A stretch of DNA of 56,938 nt from a virus. A model generated the notes under the pieces. It worked only from the letters and a program-made list of their open reading frames with translations, did not search any database and was not told the origin of the DNA. Made by a program: the position numbers and the translations under genes. Below are positions 7,505 to 15,978 of the stretch, in pieces. The first letter of the stretch is position 1, and every line of letters starts with the position of its first letter. The DNA lies in IMG/VR virus record IMGVR_UViG_3300045988_173917, positions 1-56,938 of that record. The stretch is one strand, 5' to 3'.

Positions 7505-7981
7505 ATGACAGCAACCTATTTTGAATCCACAGTAAAATACGAAAAAGTAAATGAGGATGGCAAAGCAAAGAAAGTGACTGAATTATACCTCATAGATGCA
7601 ATGAGCTTTTCGGAAACAGAAGAAAGGAGTTGCAGGCAGTTATCCGAAATAGTTCAGGGGGATTACCTCATTCAATCCCTGAAACGGTCAAAAATAACAG
7701 AATACATTGAATCAAATGACGAAAACGATGACCGACTCTACAAAGCAACAGTTAAAATAACCGATAGCGATAACTTCGGCAAAGAGAAAGAATCCTCAAT
7801 TCATTATCTAGTTGCCGCATCAAACATCAACCGGGCATTGGATAACCTCGAAAAATCACTGTCAACATTTGTAATACCCTATGAGATAGTAAAAATCGAA
7901 GATACGAAGTTTGTAGAAGTGATCCCCTACATACCGGACGACAAAGAACGCATACCGGACAATTTAAAACCACAACAATAA
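7505..7981 (+). CDS. DUF4494-like protein (Bacteroidetes phage-associated)
   Basis: The N-terminus FESTVKYEKVNEDGKAKKVTELYLIDAMSFSETEERS resembles the conserved start of that family as I recall it. Confidence 0.55.
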   Translation: MTATYFESTVKYEKVNEDGKAKKVTELYLIDAMSFSETEERSCRQLSEIVQGDYLIQSLKRSKITEYIESNDENDDRLYKATVKITDSDNFGKEKESSIHYLVAASNINRALDNLEKSLSTFVIPYEIVKIEDTKFVEVIPYIPDDKERIPDNLKPQQ

Positions 7982-7999
7982 CACTAAAACTATAATATC

Positions 8000-8389
8000 A
8001 TGGAAAAAATCACAGACAAAATTAAATCCTTCGAGGATGCTTGCAAGCATCTCAGACTTAACCCTAACGACCTGCCGGTTGTAGATATGCTTCCGGAGAA
8101 AGATAGGAAATCAATTATCGCATTCTACAAGCTTACAATTATTATCAGAGCATTGAATGAAGGTTGGGAACCAGATTGGTCAAATTGGGATGAATGTAAG
8201 TATTACAACTGGTTTTACGTTGAAAAAGGAGAAGACCAGCGTTCCTCCGGTTTTCGTTCCTACGATACGTACTACACGGATACGGACACGTGCACCGGCT
8301 CTCGGCTTTGCTTTAAGAATAGAGAATTAGCCGAATACGCCGCAGAACAATTCAAAAAACTATATCGTGAATATTTACTCATTCTTTAA
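8000..8389 (+). CDS. DGR target protein 1 (small, 129 aa; VR1 near the C-terminus)
   Basis: Contains VR1 at 8239-8311. It is a paralogue of the next gene (shared W.PDWSN...KYY..F...SSGFR.YDT...TGSRLC...AEY...F..LY). No signal peptide is evident. Confidence 0.85.
   Translation: MEKITDKIKSFEDACKHLRLNPNDLPVVDMLPEKDRKSIIAFYKLTIIIRALNEGWEPDWSNWDECKYYNWFYVEKGEDQRSSGFRSYDTYYTDTDTCTGSRLCFKNRELAEYAAEQFKKLYREYLLIL
8239..8311 (+). repeat. DGR variable region VR1
   Basis: 73-nt alignment to the TR shows 10 mismatches, all at TR adenines (TR positions 21, 23, 32, 41, 47, 53, 54, 59, 66, 70). Confidence 0.9.
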
Positions 8390-8399
8390 AAGAAAAAAC

Positions 8400-8876
8400 A
8401 TGAAGAAGACATTAGAGATAACGGAAGAACAAGCAAAGAAACTCTACTTTGAAGCATCCGAAAACTTCAAAGAAGTACTTGAATCGAACTTCGGGAAGAC
8501 AACATTTCTGAAAAACTTTCAAGACGCAGTAAAGACATACTATGATGCTTGTGAAATCATAGGAGAAAAGCCGATTGACGAACAGCATTTAATGGACTGT
8601 GGACTCGGAAAGTCGGAAATCGCATTCATGAAATTGAAAACAATCTTCAAAGCTGCAAATAAAATGAACAACGATTGGAAAGCAGATTACTCCAATTCAA
8701 GCCAGTATAAATATTATCCGTATTTTGTTTGGCGTTCCTCCGGTTTTCGTTACTACGATACGGACTACGCGCGTACGAGCACTTACACCGGCTCTCGGCT
8801 TTGCTGCGGTACATCTGATGATGCAGAATACATCGGAAAAAAATTTGAAGATTTATATAACGATTATTTTGGATAA
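8400..8876 (+). CDS. DGR target protein 2 (158 aa; VR2 near the C-terminus)
   Basis: Start taken at ATG 8400 (MKKTLEIT). Contains VR2 at 8732-8804. Paralogue of target 1. Confidence 0.85.
   Translation: MKKTLEITEEQAKKLYFEASENFKEVLESNFGKTTFLKNFQDAVKTYYDACEIIGEKPIDEQHLMDCGLGKSEIAFMKLKTIFKAANKMNNDWKADYSNSSQYKYYPYFVWRSSGFRYYDTDYARTSTYTGSRLCCGTSDDAEYIGKKFEDLYNDYFG
8732..8804 (+). repeat. DGR variable region VR2
   Basis: 73-nt alignment to the TR shows 11 mismatches. Ten are at TR adenines (23, 32, 38, 41, 42, 48, 53, 59, 66, 70) and one is G-to-T at position 52. Confidence 0.9.
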
Positions 8877-9208
8877 TGGAAAATAATGATGATGGAAGCC
8901 TGGGATTTCTGAATATTCAGCCCGATGAAGACAGGAAATATTTCCATTGTGAAGAGATAACCCAGCAAAAACTTTTAAACAAGTCATTCTGGGTTATCGA
9001 CTTTATCGGCAATCTCAAAACAAGGTATGGAAAGGAAAGATACCTTGTGAAAATCAAATTCGACATAGAAGATTCCGATGATAATGCGCGAAAATTCTTT
9101 ACGAACTCCAGTGAAATAAAATATATCCTCGACAAGATAAGGGAACTAAAGAAATTTCCTCGCAAAGTCACTATGTGTGCAGAAGGCACAAGATATTACT
9201 TCAAGTAA
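8876..9208 (+). CDS. Hypothetical protein between DGR target 2 and the TR (not Avd-like by eye)
   Basis: 110-aa ORF whose start overlaps the stop of target 2. The sequence looks beta-rich (FWVIDFIGNLKTRYGKERYLVKIKFDIED) rather than a four-helix bundle. Confidence 0.6.
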   Translation: MENNDDGSLGFLNIQPDEDRKYFHCEEITQQKLLNKSFWVIDFIGNLKTRYGKERYLVKIKFDIEDSDDNARKFFTNSSEIKYILDKIRELKKFPRKVTMCAEGTRYYFK

Positions 9209-9234
9209 AATTTCTGGGTTGTTTACCTGCGAGG

Positions 9235-9307
9235 GCGTTCCTCCGGTTTTCGTTACAACGATACGAACTACACGAATACGAACACGAACACCAGCTCTCA
9301 GCTATGC
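9235..9307 (+). repeat. DGR template repeat (TR), minimum extent
   Basis: Non-coding copy of the VRs. It reads RSSGFRYNDTNYTNTNTNTSSQLC in the VR frame, with five AAY codons. Weaker similarity to the target genes extends upstream to about 9213. It lies about 100 nt upstream of the RT start. Confidence 0.9.
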
Positions 9308-9410
9308 AGGAAAATAAAAACGGGTAAAGACCTTGCCACTCGGCAAAAAATCACGGAAATGTTTAAGGGTGTTAGTAAGAAATTCCGAACGCTCCCTAAG
9401 AAACCAGCAA

Positions 9411-10400
9411 ATGAAAAGAATAGGAAACCTGTACGAGAAAATTTGCGACATTGAAAATCTTTACCTCGCCGACACAAAAGCAAGCAAAGGAAAATCAATG
9501 ATGCACGGAGTAATAAGGCACCGAAGGAATCGGGATGAAAATCTCAGAAAACTTCATGAACTTCTGCAAAATGGGAACTTCAAAACATCGGAGTACAAAA
9601 CGTTCAAAATATTCGACCCGAAAGAAAGGGAAATATACCAGCTTCCATACTATCCAGACCGGATTGTACATCATGCCATAATGAACATACTGGAACCCAT
9701 ATTCGTATCGGTCCTCACAAAAGACACATATAGTTGCATTAAAGGAAGAGGCATTCATGGAGTAGTAAAAAATATCCGGAAATCACTTTCAGACGTTGAT
9801 AATTCCATTTATTGTCTGAAACTCGACATCAGAAAATTCTATCCATCAATAGACCATAAGATACTAAAAGAAATAATCAGACGGAAAATCAAAGATATAC
9901 GCCTCCTTTCATTGCTTGATAATATTATAGATTCGGCACCTGGCGTACCTATCGGAAACTACCTGTCACAATATTTTGCCAATCTCTACCTCGCTTATTT
10001 CGACCACTGGATAAAAGAGATTTTGAAAGTAAGATATTATTTCAGATATGCAGATGACATTGTCATACTCGATGTTGACAAAACACATCTTCATGACCTC
10101 TATTTTGAAATAAGAAACTATTTGTGGGACAATCTAAATTTAGAAGTAAAAGGGAATTGGCAAGTATTTCCAGTTTGTTCAAGAGGCATAGACTTTGTCG
10201 GATATGTATTCTATCACACTCATACAAAAATGCGCAAGCGGATTAAGAAAAAATTTTGCAAAAAAGCATCCATCCTTTTCAAAAAAGGAATCAAACAAAA
10301 TGAATGTGTACAAATACTTAGTCCGTGGATTGGATGGTCAAAACATTGTAATAGCAGACATCTATTAAAAAAACTAAGATTAAATCGGAATGAGCAATAA
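9411..10400 (+). CDS. DGR-type reverse transcriptase
   Basis: MKRIGNLYEKI... N-terminus. The IGNYLSQYFANLYL motif is the DGR-specific (I/L)GxxxSQ. The YADD catalytic box occurs in FRYADDIVIL. It is adjacent to the TR. The start is moved to ATG 9411 because upstream codons overlap the TR and spacer. Confidence 0.92.
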   Translation: MKRIGNLYEKICDIENLYLADTKASKGKSMMHGVIRHRRNRDENLRKLHELLQNGNFKTSEYKTFKIFDPKEREIYQLPYYPDRIVHHAIMNILEPIFVSVLTKDTYSCIKGRGIHGVVKNIRKSLSDVDNSIYCLKLDIRKFYPSIDHKILKEIIRRKIKDIRLLSLLDNIIDSAPGVPIGNYLSQYFANLYLAYFDHWIKEILKVRYYFRYADDIVILDVDKTHLHDLYFEIRNYLWDNLNLEVKGNWQVFPVCSRGIDFVGYVFYHTHTKMRKRIKKKFCKKASILFKKGIKQNECVQILSPWIGWSKHCNSRHLLKKLRLNRNEQ

Positions 10401-10545
10401 TTTATTCACACCAGAAGACAGCGAGCGCATCGAATTACTCTGTCAGCTTAATCGCTTAGAGGCTCCCGTAGAAAAGTTACGGGAGCTTGTTGTTTATACA
10501 GAAAAATATAACCGCAAAAAGGAAAGGGAAGAGGGAAAGAAATGA
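10390..10545 (+). CDS. Possible small ORF (51 aa) overlapping the RT stop
   Basis: ATG at 10390 overlaps the RT stop, and its TGA overlaps the ATG of the next gene. The only support is this translational-coupling geometry. Confidence 0.35.
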   Translation: MSNNLFTPEDSERIELLCQLNRLEAPVEKLRELVVYTEKYNRKKEREEGKK

Positions 10546-10901
10546 GCAATCAGAATCAAGCCTCTAGAGGCATCGGATTTATAGGATTACTAACAATAGC
10601 ATTTATTGTCCTTAAACTAACTAGTGTAATTGCTTGGTCATGGTGGTGGGTACTTTCTCCAGTATGGATCCCTCCATCTTTAGTCTTATTGGTTATATGG
10701 TTATGTTTTTTAGTGCGGATAATATTTTTATTCTGTACCCGAAAAAAGTATAAGAGATACCAAGAAAACTTGAAAAAAGGAATGAGTGGTTACTCTGCGT
10801 TTCGCGAAGCTTATAAGAAAAATAAGCAATCTGCACCGATAAGGGAAAGTAAATTCCAACAAAGGCTTAAGGAAATACAAAATCGGCAAAAGCACCAATA
10901 A
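10542..10901 (+). CDS. Membrane protein (2 TM segments, basic C-terminal tail)
   Basis: IGFIGLLTIAFIVLKLTSVIAWSWWWVLSPVWIPPSLVLLVIWLCFLVRIIFLF is strongly hydrophobic. Confidence 0.6.
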   Translation: MSNQNQASRGIGFIGLLTIAFIVLKLTSVIAWSWWWVLSPVWIPPSLVLLVIWLCFLVRIIFLFCTRKKYKRYQENLKKGMSGYSAFREAYKKNKQSAPIRESKFQQRLKEIQNRQKHQ

Positions 10902-10969
10902 CCTGCTCCTGTTCTACTTAGCCGTGGTGCGGGGAACTAAAACAAATTTCTATCTAATAAAGAATCAGC

Positions 10970-11152
10970 ATGAAAAATAACTACACAGAAGAACAAAAAG
11001 AAAAGGTATGCGATTTAGTTTATAAATGGATGGTTGAGAATAATTGTCATTCGGCAGAACATGCATCGCAGGATGACGATTGTACGATCAATGCCATCGA
11101 CTTAGTATGTGAATTAGCTGAAATAGTTGGAATACCTTACGATGAAGATTAA
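10970..11152 (+). CDS. Hypothetical protein
   Basis: 60-aa acidic ORF in the early operon. Confidence 0.45.
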   Translation: MKNNYTEEQKEKVCDLVYKWMVENNCHSAEHASQDDDCTINAIDLVCELAEIVGIPYDED

Positions 11153-11155
11153 CCT

Positions 11156-11347
11156 ATGCCCCGCATCCCGAAACCCAAACAACCAAAACCGATCATTTCC
11201 CGGCTTTCAACAAATTATTCCGACTGCCTGAAATGTATCTACTACCAACCGTGGAAATTCGGATTGGTTGATTGCCCGTTTTCGGTGGTGCCGCATGAAA
11301 ACTGCGTGGACAGAAAAATTGAATGTGTAAATTATAAAAAAACATGA
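11156..11347 (+). CDS. Hypothetical Cys-containing small protein
   Basis: 63-aa ORF whose stop overlaps the next start. Confidence 0.45.
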   Translation: MPRIPKPKQPKPIISRLSTNYSDCLKCIYYQPWKFGLVDCPFSVVPHENCVDRKIECVNYKKT

Positions 11348-11649
11348 TTGAAAATACTATTAAAAAAATTGAGCAATGGGTTGTCGACAGAAACCTGCAT
11401 ACCCAGGATCCAAAAGTACAGATGTGTAAAACAGTTGAAGAACTCGGAGAACTGGCCCGGGCAATAAACAAAGGCGATAGGGAAAAACAGACAGACAGCA
11501 TCGGGGATACGGTTGTCACTCTCATCTGTATATCAAAACAACTGGGTATTGATTTCAGTGAATGCGTTGAATATGCATACAACGAAATCAAAGACCGGAA
11601 GGGTAAACTTATCAACGGGATATTTGTAAAAGAGGCGGATTTTGTATAA
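11344..11649 (+). CDS. mazG: MazG-like nucleotide pyrophosphohydrolase
   Basis: KTVEELGELARAINKGDREKQTDSIGDTVVTLI carries the EExxE...D pattern of phage MazG. Confidence 0.8.
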   Translation: MIENTIKKIEQWVVDRNLHTQDPKVQMCKTVEELGELARAINKGDREKQTDSIGDTVVTLICISKQLGIDFSECVEYAYNEIKDRKGKLINGIFVKEADFV

Positions 11650-11667
11650 AAAATTAAATAAAAAATC

Positions 11668-11952
11668 ATGATAGCACTAATTATCACATCCTTATCAGGA
11701 GACTACTCCGGTATTGCTAAAGAAGTAGAAAAACAACTCCAAAACCAAGACAAAAAGCAAGAATCCGATGAAGTTGTAAGTATCCATCAGTTCGACATGC
11801 TTTCCAGGTCCTATGATGCAAAATTTGACGAATGCGAAAAACTCAAAGCCCGAAATCAGGAATTGGAAAAGTCAAACATTAAACTCATGGAGACGGTTAA
11901 CAAGTACCGGTACTTTATCGAGTGCCAACGAAACGAAATAGATAAACTATGA
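11668..11952 (+). CDS. Hypothetical coiled-coil protein
   Basis: 94-aa ORF. Confidence 0.5.
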   Translation: MIALIITSLSGDYSGIAKEVEKQLQNQDKKQESDEVVSIHQFDMLSRSYDAKFDECEKLKARNQELEKSNIKLMETVNKYRYFIECQRNEIDKL

Positions 11953-11962
11953 ATTTTTAAAC

Positions 11963-12211
11963 ATGAAAGCAGAAGATTTAATAACCAGAAATACTTTATC
12001 CAATATTATTTTGGATAAAAATCAACATGTAGTGTTTATTCCAATTGCAATTACTGCTATAAACATGGCTAGGTCCGAAGAACGGAAGAAAGCTATTAAG
12101 GCATTCAAAATTGTAACAGATGGTTATTTGAACTGTGGAGGAACTAGTCGTCAAGCAGAGGTATTAGCACAATTTAAAGAGATACTAGGGTGTTCTAATA
12201 TTAAAATTTGA
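11963..12211 (+). CDS. Hypothetical protein
   Basis: 82-aa ORF. Confidence 0.5.
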   Translation: MKAEDLITRNTLSNIILDKNQHVVFIPIAITAINMARSEERKKAIKAFKIVTDGYLNCGGTSRQAEVLAQFKEILGCSNIKI

Positions 12212-12214
12212 AAC

Positions 12215-12499
12215 ATGGAATACGACGAATTACTCAAAGACCCGCGCTGGCAGCGTAAACGGTTAGAAGCAATGCAAGCGGACAAATTCACATGCCAGAT
12301 GTGTTTTCGTTCAGACAAGCCTTTAAACGTCCATCACAAAAAGTATATCCAAGGCGCTGCTCCATGGGAATACGATACAAGTGATTTAATCACCCTTTGT
12401 GAAAAGTGCCATGCAAAATATCATCGGGATATAGCCAAAACAAAAATAATGATTGACACACTATTAATTATATCAGAACGGTTAAAAGCTGCAATATGA
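12215..12499 (+). CDS. HNH endonuclease
   Basis: CQMCF...NVHHKKY...LITLCEKCHAKYH fits an HNH core. Confidence 0.65.
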   Translation: MEYDELLKDPRWQRKRLEAMQADKFTCQMCFRSDKPLNVHHKKYIQGAAPWEYDTSDLITLCEKCHAKYHRDIAKTKIMIDTLLIISERLKAAI

Positions 12500-12500
12500 C

Positions 12501-13259
12501 ATGGCAAGGCAATTAAAAGAAGGATTGGATTTTTTTTCTTTTGATGTCGATTTTTTTGATGACGAGAAAATAGGTGCAATTTCGGGAGAGTTCGGGATAA
12601 AAGGAGAAATTACGGCAATAAAGCTGCTATGTGCGGTATACAGAAATGGATACTTCATTATGTGGAATGAGCCGTTAAAAATGAAACTTTTAAAATCCCT
12701 TCCTGGAATAAGTTCTGAACTGCTGGAACAAATCGTGAATCGCTTAGTTAGGTGGGGGTTCTTTGACAGCTCCTGCTTTAACTTGGAAAAGATTCTGACA
12801 AGTGAAGGTATTCAGAAGCGATATTTCTCGGCAATAAAAAGAAGAAAACCAAAGGAAGAATATCCTTATCTACTCATTAATGTAGACAATAATCCTATTA
12901 ATGTATTCAACAACGACATTAATGTATACAAAAGTACACAAAGGAAAGGAAAGAAAATAAATAATTCCCCTATAAATCCCCCTTTAGATTTTTCTGGGGA
13001 CGAAATCATGCACATCCATGAACTGAAAAAAAGAATATTTTCTGACGAAACAGCATGGATGGAAACTGTTGCCATGAAAAAACACATCACACCGGACGGC
13101 ATAACAGAGTGGATAAACAATTTCTTTGACGAGCTTGAATGCACCGGAGAAAACATGAAAAGCGTGAAAGACTTCAAATCTCATTTTTTTCGATGGCTTA
13201 AAATCCAACTAAAAGACAGAAAGGAGGAAAACAATGACAGAAGACTTGAAAACTGGTAG
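12501..13259 (+). CDS. DUF4373-like replication-associated protein (replisome organiser or helicase-loader candidate)
   Basis: LDFFSFDVDFFDDEKI...GEFGIKGEITAIKLLCAVYRNGYF resembles the Lin1244/DUF4373 N-terminal domain. It lies directly upstream of and overlaps dnaB. Confidence 0.6.
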   Translation: MARQLKEGLDFFSFDVDFFDDEKIGAISGEFGIKGEITAIKLLCAVYRNGYFIMWNEPLKMKLLKSLPGISSELLEQIVNRLVRWGFFDSSCFNLEKILTSEGIQKRYFSAIKRRKPKEEYPYLLINVDNNPINVFNNDINVYKSTQRKGKKINNSPINPPLDFSGDEIMHIHELKKRIFSDETAWMETVAMKKHITPDGITEWINNFFDELECTGENMKSVKDFKSHFFRWLKIQLKDRKEENNDRRLENW

Positions 13260-14589
13260 ATCAAAATCGACAATTACAGAAAAGGCTGTTTTAGGGGCGA
13301 TGTTAGTGTCCCCTGATATAATTACCGATGTCGTATCGAAATTAAGCGCAGACTCTTTCTTTGATGTCGAAAACAGGATAATTTTTGAAGCCATTCTAAA
13401 ACTGAATGACGATAACACGCCTGTAGACCTGATTTCCGTTGCCGAACAACTGAAACAATCCGGTAAAATCGAAGAAGCAGGAAATTACAGCTATCTGGCA
13501 GAACTTACCAACCAGTCAGGATTAGGAATTGCGCGGATAGAATACTACTGCAAAATACTCTTACAATTACAGGTCGAACGCCTGTTGATAGACATGAGTA
13601 TGGAAATTATCCGTATGTCTGACGGAACAAACGACGTATCAGATACGATTTCATTTGCTGACAGGCAACTACAACGCATCAATGATGTACTTTCCTGCAA
13701 CAACAGAATGGAGCACATTTCAACGGCAATAGAGAAAGCAGCCGATGAATCAATTATCCGGACAAACAATCGAAGGCAGGGCAAAATGACCGGTGTAACA
13801 TCCGGATTAAAAGAACTCGACACGATGACCTCCGGATTCAAGGGTGGAGAATTAATAATCCTTGCCGCCCGTCCGGCGATGGGCAAGACGGCAATGTTGT
13901 TGTATTTCGCAAAAAGTGCTGCAAGACAGGGTATTCCAGTCTGTATATACTCCCTCGAAATGGACAGCATTAGTCTTGCCGACAGGTTGATATTATCAGA
14001 AACGAGTATCGAAGCAGACAAGTACCGGAACGGATACATATCAAACGCAGAGTTTAACGAAATCGCAGGAGCGAAAAAGAGACTTTCAGAACTACCGATT
14101 TACGTAGACGACAATCCTATCGTATCAATGCGGTACATTCGCACACACTCTAAAAAAATGGCTAGGCAAGGGAAATGCGGATTGATACTTGTCGATTATC
14201 TCCAGCTTGCCGATATGAGCGAAAAAGGTAAGAACAGAGAGCAAGAAGTGGCACAGGCGAGCCGGCAGGCAAAGATAATTGCAAAAGAGCTTAATGTGCC
14301 GTTTATCCTCCTTTCTCAGCTTAATCGTGCTTGTGAGGAGCGAATGGATAAGAAACCACAACTTTCCGATCTTCGGGAATCTGGAGCCATTGAACAAGAT
14401 GCTGACAAAGTAATATTTGTTTATAGACCGGAGTATTACAAGCTGGAAGACCAGCATGGAAACCCAATAGTCGGAGAAGGAGCGTTGATAATGGCAAAGC
14501 AGCGTAACGGTGCTGTCGGAGATGTAAAGTTTAGGTATAACGAAAGTCTGACACAGATATATGATTACAATAACGCCAATCCATTTTAA
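13234..14589 (+). CDS. dnaB: Replicative DNA helicase DnaB
   Basis: N-terminal domain EKAVLGAML...FFDVENRIIFEAI. Walker A ARPAMGKT. Walker B LILVDYLQL. SQLNR and ESGAIEQDAD motifs. Confidence 0.92.
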   Translation: MTEDLKTGRSKSTITEKAVLGAMLVSPDIITDVVSKLSADSFFDVENRIIFEAILKLNDDNTPVDLISVAEQLKQSGKIEEAGNYSYLAELTNQSGLGIARIEYYCKILLQLQVERLLIDMSMEIIRMSDGTNDVSDTISFADRQLQRINDVLSCNNRMEHISTAIEKAADESIIRTNNRRQGKMTGVTSGLKELDTMTSGFKGGELIILAARPAMGKTAMLLYFAKSAARQGIPVCIYSLEMDSISLADRLILSETSIEADKYRNGYISNAEFNEIAGAKKRLSELPIYVDDNPIVSMRYIRTHSKKMARQGKCGLILVDYLQLADMSEKGKNREQEVAQASRQAKIIAKELNVPFILLSQLNRACEERMDKKPQLSDLRESGAIEQDADKVIFVYRPEYYKLEDQHGNPIVGEGALIMAKQRNGAVGDVKFRYNESLTQIYDYNNANPF

Positions 14590-14665
14590 TGGTAAATCAC
14601 TAAAGAGATGAAATGCCGCTATATTTACCCCGAGGATGGTAAAAAATACGATAAAAAACATAAGC

Positions 14666-15055
14666 ATGAAAACAAGTAAAAATCAGGCAAACATACTAAG
14701 CAACTTATCTTTCGTATTAGTAGATATTATTGAAAGTTGCTTTATCGAGGCTAATGAAAAGCTAAAAAGTGAGAATTGCGAATTTAAACACGAAGCTAAA
14801 CGCGAGTTCAACCTCCTTTTTCCCCATTGCCGGAACCTGAAAAGATATGTCCGGAATTGCAGCGAAGAAACGCAGGAGTTTTTCGGCAAGGATTCGGATA
14901 TGCTGTATCAGACCTTAAAGCTTATAATCGACAGGTGTGGCACCGATGATGTAAAGCTTTTCAAATTCTTCAATTACATCAAGACATTCCCCTCTCAGCT
15001 GGATATGGATATTGATGATACGGTGTTCAACGGAGTATGTAAAAACATAAATTAA
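14666..15055 (+). CDS. Hypothetical protein
   Basis: ORF with an internal ATG at 14666 chosen as the start; no motif. Confidence 0.5.
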   Translation: MKTSKNQANILSNLSFVLVDIIESCFIEANEKLKSENCEFKHEAKREFNLLFPHCRNLKRYVRNCSEETQEFFGKDSDMLYQTLKLIIDRCGTDDVKLFKFFNYIKTFPSQLDMDIDDTVFNGVCKNIN

Positions 15056-15074
15056 AAAATTATTGGTGTGTGCT

Positions 15075-15266
15075 ATGGACAAATATGGATCGATAGATCA
15101 GAACTGGTATTCTTCCGAAAACCAAAAACATGAAAGGGAGAAAGCGACAGAAGCTTTGAAACAAATGAAAGAACTAGAAAAACAATATGAAAAATCACGT
15201 ACTGTGATTATTGAAAGAACACAGTACAAAGGAGTCAGGAAACGGTATTTAAAAACAAAATCATGA
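15075..15266 (+). CDS. Hypothetical protein
   Basis: Small charged ORF whose stop overlaps the next start. Confidence 0.4.
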   Translation: MDKYGSIDQNWYSSENQKHEREKATEALKQMKELEKQYEKSRTVIIERTQYKGVRKRYLKTKS

Positions 15267-15625
15267 ATAGAGAAATATTATTCAGAGGGAAGCCTATTGA
15301 TAAAAAATTCGGTGAATGGGTTGAAGGATTTTATATGGAGGATTTGGATAATGGCCGGGTAAAATCGTTTATTTTTAATCCCCCTTTACAGATAGAAGTA
15401 GAGCCGGAAACAGTCGGACAGTTTACAGGGTTAACTGACAGAAAAGGGAACAGAATTTATGAAGGTGATATATTCGAAAGTATCTACGTAATAGCAGTCG
15501 TAGAGTGGGATAAAGATGCCAGATTTTTAGGGTTTACATCACAACGAAGAATACTATATGTTGGACGAGAACCTAAGGTAGAGATTATAGGCAATATCCA
15601 CGACAATCCGTCACTATTCAAATAA
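15263..15625 (+). CDS. YopX-family phage protein
   Basis: REILFRGK...WVEGFY...VGQFTGLTDRKGNRIYEGDI is the characteristic YopX pattern. Confidence 0.7.
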   Translation: MNREILFRGKPIDKKFGEWVEGFYMEDLDNGRVKSFIFNPPLQIEVEPETVGQFTGLTDRKGNRIYEGDIFESIYVIAVVEWDKDARFLGFTSQRRILYVGREPKVEIIGNIHDNPSLFK

Positions 15626-15978
15626 CGGCTATCACATACCCATCACATTAGTAATGTCTTGATATTCTGTTGTTTTGGGTAATGAGTATCATTCCTGATT
15701 GTTAATTTATCATATAAAAATGGACGCCACCAAAATGATGACGTCCGCGCCAACTCCACCACAACAGACACCACAAAAAAACGTGTCTGCTTTATCTATT
15801 CTTACCGAGGTAGACCAATACCCTTACAGAAATAAACTCGCAGACACGTATATACGTAGTCCAACGAGCTTAGTATCTGTATTTTTTATTTTGGTCTTTT
15901 CGGTAAGTACTAAACTCAACTACAACAATTACAAAACAATATGCGCAACTCTTTGCGCATGGCAAATATACGAAATAT

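Noticed and set aside
9298-9758. Minus-strand ORFs 9298-9498 and 9495-9758
   Set aside because: They overlap the TR, the spacer and the 5' part of the RT gene on the opposite strand, with no supporting signals.
9411-10400. Retron, group II intron or Abi-type reverse transcriptase
   Set aside because: The IGNYLSQ motif together with an adjacent TR and two VRs with adenine-specific mismatches identifies a DGR RT. No intron RNA domains, maturase/endonuclease extension or msr/msd-like inverted repeats were seen.
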